Shown: positions 59,443 to 64,000 of the stretch, one piece after another | Numbering within the stretch: the stretch's first letter is position 1 | Layout: every line of letters begins with the position of its first letter | The notes under the pieces: model-generated | Databases searched by the model: none | The model's input: the letters and a program-made list of their open reading frames with translations, nothing else | What the model was told of the DNA's origin: nothing | Source of the DNA: Desulfatiglandales bacterium | GTDB taxonomy: Bacteria > Desulfobacterota > DSM-4660 > Desulfatiglandales > HGW-15 | Direction: 5' to 3' | NCBI GenBank assembly: GCA_963667015.2 | Contig: CAXXJJ010000004.1 | Location: 1,632,001 to 1,696,000 of the forward strand | DNA length: 64,000 nucleotides | Translations under genes and position numbers: made by a program

Positions 59443-60702
59443 TCAGCCCAGATACTCATAAATAGGAAATTTTGCACACAGTTCACTTACAGTTGTTCTT
59501 GTATCTTCCAGGATCTTATCATCATTTATATTCTCAAGGACTTCTCTTATAAGCCCGGCTACAATCTTTATCTCGCCCTCTTTAAAACCGCGGGTAGTAA
59601 CCGCAGGGGTCCCTATTCTCAAACCGCTGGTCACCTGTGCGCTTCTCTTCTCAAAGGGTATTGTATTTTTATTGACAACAATTCCCGCTTTTCCAAGGGC
59701 TACTTCAGCCTCAACACCTGTAATATCCCTTGCCGTAAGGTCAACAAGTATAAGGTGGTTGTCTGTTCCTCCCGAGACCAGATTAAATCCGTATTTTATC
59801 ATCTCTTCGGCAAGGAGCCTGCAATTTTTAACTACCTGTTTCTGGTATTCAATAAACTCAGGCTGCAGTGCCTCATGAAAACAGACTGCCTTGGCAGCTA
59901 CAGCGTGCATAAGGGGACCGCCCTGAATACCGGGAAAAATACTCTTGTTCAGCGCCTTTTCATGTTCCTTTTTAGAAAGTATAAGTCCGCCCCTGGGGCC
60001 CCGGAGGGTTTTATGTGTTGTCGAGGTGACAAAATCTGCGATCCCTACCGGCGTGGAATGCTGCCCGGCAGCTATCAGTCCGGCTATATGGGCCATATCC
60101 ACCATCATATAGGCGCCCACTTCATCGGCTATTTCCCTGAACCGTGAGAAGTCAATCTCCCGGGGATATGCACTCGCGCCAACAACAATCATCCCTGGAG
60201 AGTGTTTCTTTGCCAGATCATAAACCTGATTAAAATCGATTGTCTGGGTTTCCGGATCAAGGCTGTAGGAAAAAGATTTGAAAATATTACCCGAAAAACT
60301 TGCCTTGCTGCCGTGGGTGAGATGCCCGCCATGTGAAAGGCTCATTCCAAGGATGGTGTCTCCGGGTTTTAAAACCGAAAAATAGACAGCCATATTGGCC
60401 TGAGAACCCGCATGGGGTTGAACATTGGCATATTCAGCGTTAAAAAGCTTAAGGGCCCTTTTTATTGCGAGATTCTCAACGGTATCAACGTTTTCGCAAC
60501 CGCCGTAGTATCTTGCTCCCGGATACCCTTCAGCATATTTGTTTGTCATTACATTTGACTGTGCTTCGATCACAGCCCTGGATGCATAATTCTCGGAAGC
60601 TATAAGAACCAGACAGTCCTGCTCCCGTTTAATCTCCCTTTTTATTGCCTCTGCAACTTCAGGATCAACCTGAGAAAGTCTATTATCAAACAACAGTATC
60701 AC
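59443..60702 (-). CDS. glyA: Serine hydroxymethyltransferase
   Basis: [34 protein letters not shown]. Confidence 0.98.
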   Translation of the reverse strand: MILLFDNRLSQVDPEVAEAIKREIKREQDCLVLIASENYASRAVIEAQSNVMTNKYAEGYPGARYYGGCENVDTVENLAIKRALKLFNAEYANVQPHAGSQANMAVYFSVLKPGDTILGMSLSHGGHLTHGSKASFSGNIFKSFSYSLDPETQTIDFNQVYDLAKKHSPGMIVVGASAYPREIDFSRFREIADEVGAYMMVDMAHIAGLIAAGQHSTPVGIADFVTSTTHKTLRGPRGGLILSKKEHEKALNKSIFPGIQGGPLMHAVAAKAVCFHEALQPEFIEYQKQVVKNCRLLAEEMIKYGFNLVSGGTDNHLILVDLTARDITGVEAEVALGKAGIVVNKNTIPFEKRSAQVTSGLRIGTPAVTTRGFKEGEIKIVAGLIREVLENINDDKILEDTRTTVSELCAKFPIYEYLG

Positions 60703-60715
60703 CTCAAATATTTAT

Positions 60716-61147
60716 TCAAGAATCTATTTTATCAACACGCATTTTATGTCTGCCGCCTTCAAAATCCGTCTTGAGGTAGGTCTTAAGCATTTCCAGGGCC
60801 AGGACATCACCTGTTATCCTGCCTCCAACAACCATGATATTGGCATTATTATGCTTTCGACTCAATTCAGCAGTCAAAATATTATGACAAAGGGCTGCGT
60901 TAACACCCTTGAACCGGTTGGCAGCTATTGACATACCAATACCGGAACCGCATACGAGCACTCCTTTTTCAAATTCACCGGATGAAATAGCCCCGGCCAC
61001 TTTTTGGGCGATATCCGGATAGTCAATCGAATCGGCACTGTATGCTCCCACATCCGTTACTTCATATCCCAGTTCACCGGAAAGAAGATTTTTATATTTC
61101 TCCTTTAATTCAAATCCGGCATGGTCTGAACCAATAATGATTCTCAT
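60716..61147 (-). CDS. rpiB: Ribose-5-phosphate isomerase B
   Basis: GSDHAG, CGSGIGMSIAANR, HNNAN, FEGGRH. Confidence 0.96.
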   Translation of the reverse strand: MRIIIGSDHAGFELKEKYKNLLSGELGYEVTDVGAYSADSIDYPDIAQKVAGAISSGEFEKGVLVCGSGIGMSIAANRFKGVNAALCHNILTAELSRKHNNANIMVVGGRITGDVLALEMLKTYLKTDFEGGRHKMRVDKIDS

Positions 61148-61183
61148 TGAAACTCCTTTTCTTAGAAAATTTATTCGGAGTGT

Positions 61184-62425
61184 TTAAGGCTCGTAGGCCT
61201 TAAATAGCAACGATGCGTTTGTCCCGCCAAAACCGAATGAATTTGACATAATTACCTTTACCTGGGCTTCTCTCGCTATATTGGGAACGTAGTCAAGATC
61301 ACACTCAGGATCAGGTGTATCATAATTAATAGTAGGCGGCAGGATTCCGTTCTTAATTGTCAGTGCTGAATAGATTGCCTCTATCCCGCCTGTACCTCCG
61401 AGCAGATGACCTGTCATGGATTTGGTTGAACTGATTGCAAGTTTATATGCATGTTCTCCAAATAATTTTTTTACAGCCTTTGTCTCCGACAGATCATTCA
61501 TTTGCGTTGAGGTACCGTGGGCATTAATGTAATCAACATCTTCGGGTTTCAACCCGGCTGACTCAATAGCCATTGCCATACAATTAACGGCACCATCACC
61601 ATCTGGATGAGGTGATGAGACATGATATGCATCACCGGAGAGACCGTATCCGGCTATTTCTGCATAAATTTTAGCGCCTCTTTCAAGGGCATGATTCAGT
61701 TCTTCAATAATAAGTATGCCTGAACCTTCCCCAATAATAAATCCGTCCCTGTCTTTTTCAAATGGCCTGGAAGCCTTTTCAGGTTCATCGTTTCTTGTGG
61801 ACAGGGCATTCATTGCACAGAATCCGGCAAAAGCCAGAGGAGTAATAACTGCCTCTGCGCCACCCGTTATCATGGCATCAGCGATTCCATCCCGTACAAG
61901 CCTGAAGGACTCGCCAACCGCATGAGTACTTGCCGCACAGGCAGTTTCAATGGAAGAATTCGGGCCCTGGGCACCAAATTCAATAGCGATTTCTCCCGGG
62001 AGCATATTGGGAATGATACCGGGGATAAAGAAAGGACTTATCCTTCCTGGCCCCTTTTCGAGCAGGGTCTTATGATAAGTTTCAATCATGGGCAGACCGC
62101 CCAGACCGGAACCGGTCAGACACCCTATCTTACGGCTGTTGTCCGGGGTTATCTTGAGACCGGAATCTTCCATGGCCATCCTGGCAGCAGCAATACCATA
62201 ATGGATAAATATATCAAACCGTCTTATCTGCTGTTTGCCTATGAAGTCGGATGCATTAAAATCCGTTACTTCGGCGGCTATCCTGGACTTATATTCAGTG
62301 GTATCAAATCTTGTTACCGGACCAATAACCGATTTACCGGCACACAACGATTCCCAGTTTTTCTCCACCCCGGTGCCTAAAGGTGTAACCATCCCAAGAC
62401 CGGTAATAACTACCCTTCTTTTCAT
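61184..62425 (-). CDS. fabF: Beta-ketoacyl-ACP synthase II
   Basis: TACAAS, NAHGTST, KSMTGHLLG, NSFGFGGTN. Confidence 0.97.
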   Translation of the reverse strand: MKRRVVITGLGMVTPLGTGVEKNWESLCAGKSVIGPVTRFDTTEYKSRIAAEVTDFNASDFIGKQQIRRFDIFIHYGIAAARMAMEDSGLKITPDNSRKIGCLTGSGLGGLPMIETYHKTLLEKGPGRISPFFIPGIIPNMLPGEIAIEFGAQGPNSSIETACAASTHAVGESFRLVRDGIADAMITGGAEAVITPLAFAGFCAMNALSTRNDEPEKASRPFEKDRDGFIIGEGSGILIIEELNHALERGAKIYAEIAGYGLSGDAYHVSSPHPDGDGAVNCMAMAIESAGLKPEDVDYINAHGTSTQMNDLSETKAVKKLFGEHAYKLAISSTKSMTGHLLGGTGGIEAIYSALTIKNGILPPTINYDTPDPECDLDYVPNIAREAQVKVIMSNSFGFGGTNASLLFKAYEP

Positions 62426-62480
62426 ATCAATAAACCCCTTATTATTCCCAAACTCCTGATATGATATCTACGCTCAGCGA

Positions 62481-62717
62481 TTAACCCATCGCCTTTGTAA
62501 CGTAATCAACAGCGTCTTTTACTGTAGCAATCTTCTCTGCATCTTCATCAGGTATTGACACATCAAATTCTTCTTCCATAGCCATTATAAGCTCTACCTG
62601 ATCGAGAGAATCTGCACCAAGATCATCCACAAATGAAGCGGTGAGAACTACGTCATCCTCTGCAACATCCAACTGCTCACAGATAATATTTCTGATTTTT
62701 CCTTCGATATCTGACAT
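62481..62717 (-). CDS. acpP: Acyl carrier protein
   Basis: [20 protein letters not shown]. Confidence 0.97.
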   Translation of the reverse strand: MSDIEGKIRNIICEQLDVAEDDVVLTASFVDDLGADSLDQVELIMAMEEEFDVSIPDEDAEKIATVKDAVDYVTKAMG

Positions 62718-62778
62718 TAACTTGTCCCTCCTTAAAATAGTTTAAAAAATACTATAAAAAATTTATACTCAATATGAC

Positions 62779-63525
62779 CTACATATACAGGCCGCCATTA
62801 ACATGAATAATTTGCCCTGTTATGTAGGAAGCTGACTCTGAACAGAGCCAGTAAACTGTTTCAGCCACATCCTGAACGGTTCCAAGCCTGCCGAGCGGTA
62901 TCTGCGCAAGGTAGGATTCTATTACCTTTTCAGGAAGTGCGTCTGTCATTTCAGTCTGGATAAAACCCGGGGCAACCGCATTAACCGTGATACCCCTCGG
63001 CGCAACCTCTCTGGCTACAGCCTTGGTAAAGCCCGTTATGCCGGCCTTTGACGCTGAGTAATTGGCCTGCCCGGCAACGCCCATCTGACCTGATACCGAA
63101 GCTATATTTACGATTGAACCCTTTCGGTTCTTCATCATAGATCTGATTATTGTCTGGGTGCAATTGAAAATACTTTTCAGATTAATATTTAAAACCATGT
63201 CCCAGTCCTTTTCGGACATTCTCATTAAAAGGGAATCTCTTGTAATACCGGCATTATTGATCAGGGTATCAACCCTTCCATATTTTTCAAGAATATTGCT
63301 GAAAAAGGTCTCCACATCTGATTTGGATGATACATCAACCTTAAAGCTCTCACACTTTATACCTTTTTCTTCAAGCATGGAAAGTGTCTCGTCAGAAGCA
63401 GATTCATCCGGATCATAATGTGCAATGAGGATTATAGGGTTCTCTTCTGCAAACTTCAGCGCTATTGACCGGCCTATGCCTTTCGAACCTCCAGTGATAA
63501 CAACCACTCTCTGTGAATTTTCCAT
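62779..63525 (-). CDS. fabG: 3-oxoacyl-ACP reductase
   Basis: TGGSKGIG, NNAGITRD, YSASKAG, VAPGFIQT. Confidence 0.95.
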   Translation of the reverse strand: MENSQRVVVITGGSKGIGRSIALKFAEENPIILIAHYDPDESASDETLSMLEEKGIKCESFKVDVSSKSDVETFFSNILEKYGRVDTLINNAGITRDSLLMRMSEKDWDMVLNINLKSIFNCTQTIIRSMMKNRKGSIVNIASVSGQMGVAGQANYSASKAGITGFTKAVAREVAPRGITVNAVAPGFIQTEMTDALPEKVIESYLAQIPLGRLGTVQDVAETVYWLCSESASYITGQIIHVNGGLYM

Positions 63526-63564
63526 TTTTTCTCCGCATTATGAATGATCAAAAATGCCTCAGGA

Positions 63565-64000
63565 TCACATAAGATTGTAATTCCTCAGACTTTTCAAAAG
63601 CTTTTCGCCCGTATTATTTTCGACATAACTGCACGCCATTCCAATGGCGTTTTTTATAGCTTTTTCAGAGGAATGTCCATGGCAGACTATACAGACGCCG
63701 TTAATCCCCAGTACAGGGGCTCCTCCATACTGTGCATAATCCAGACTCTCCATAAACTCATTAAGAAAACTATTTTCTGAGATATCACCTGCTTTTTTCT
63801 CAAGGCCGCTGATAAATCTGGCGGCTATTGATTCGGCCAGCCCTTCCGAATATTTCAGGATAATATTTCCTATAAACCCGTCACAGACGACGATCTGAAC
63901 CTTTCCACTTAAAATATCCCGGCCTTCGATGTTTCCGTAGAAGTTTAACGGGCTGTTCTTAAACAAATCATAGGCCGATTTCACCTGTTCATTACCCTTC
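63565..64000 (-). CDS. plsX: Phosphate acyltransferase PlsX, 3' part (truncated by window edge)
   Basis: NFYGNIEGRD, VVCDGFIGN, YGGAPVLG..CHGHSS. Confidence 0.93.
   Translation of the reverse strand, partial: KGNEQVKSAYDLFKNSPLNFYGNIEGRDILSGKVQIVVCDGFIGNIILKYSEGLAESIAARFISGLEKKAGDISENSFLNEFMESLDYAQYGGAPVLGINGVCIVCHGHSSEKAIKNAIGMACSYVENNTGEKLLKSLRNYNLM

Noticed and set aside
1..64000. tRNA, rRNA and selC genes
   Set aside because: No tRNA cloverleaf (T-loop GTTCGA context) or rRNA signature found by eye; the Sec machinery must lie outside the window if it exists

Overview
Bacterial chromosomal window, most likely from an anaerobic Desulfobacterota-type deltaproteobacterium (inferred from gene content, the fab-rib-leuS gene order and the style of its repeats). 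0-1.8 kb: NifU / DUF134 / DUF5320 metal-cofactor locus. 2-9 kb and 25-28 kb: two related YtrA(GntR)-ABC operons with visible operators. Between them (9-25 kb) is an AT-rich accessory region with a GNAT/DUF1778 toxin-antitoxin pair, an Mta/TipA-like MerR regulator, an intact IS1380 element (TIRs plus 5-bp TSD), a metallophosphoesterase-STAND ATPase fusion (candidate defence gene), an atypical IS3-family element splitting a lipoprotein-FlgC-like gene, a trypsin-like protease, gene remnants and many REP/MITE repeats. 29-35 kb: ABC-PDZ-VCBS operon. 35-47 kb: IclR/MFS/cupin, a short Rho paralog, a fused IOR plus ADP-forming acyl-CoA ligase with FadR, and AKR plus Tat-flavodoxin. 47-64 kb: housekeeping cluster (murJ, rpsT, holA, lptE, leuS, nusB, rib genes, nrdR, glyA, rpiB, fab genes, plsX). 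Top finding: an unannotated 148-codon ORF at 38270-38716 with one in-frame TGA followed immediately by a bacterial-SECIS-like hairpin. It is a candidate novel selenoprotein, apparently co-transcribed with the Rho paralog.
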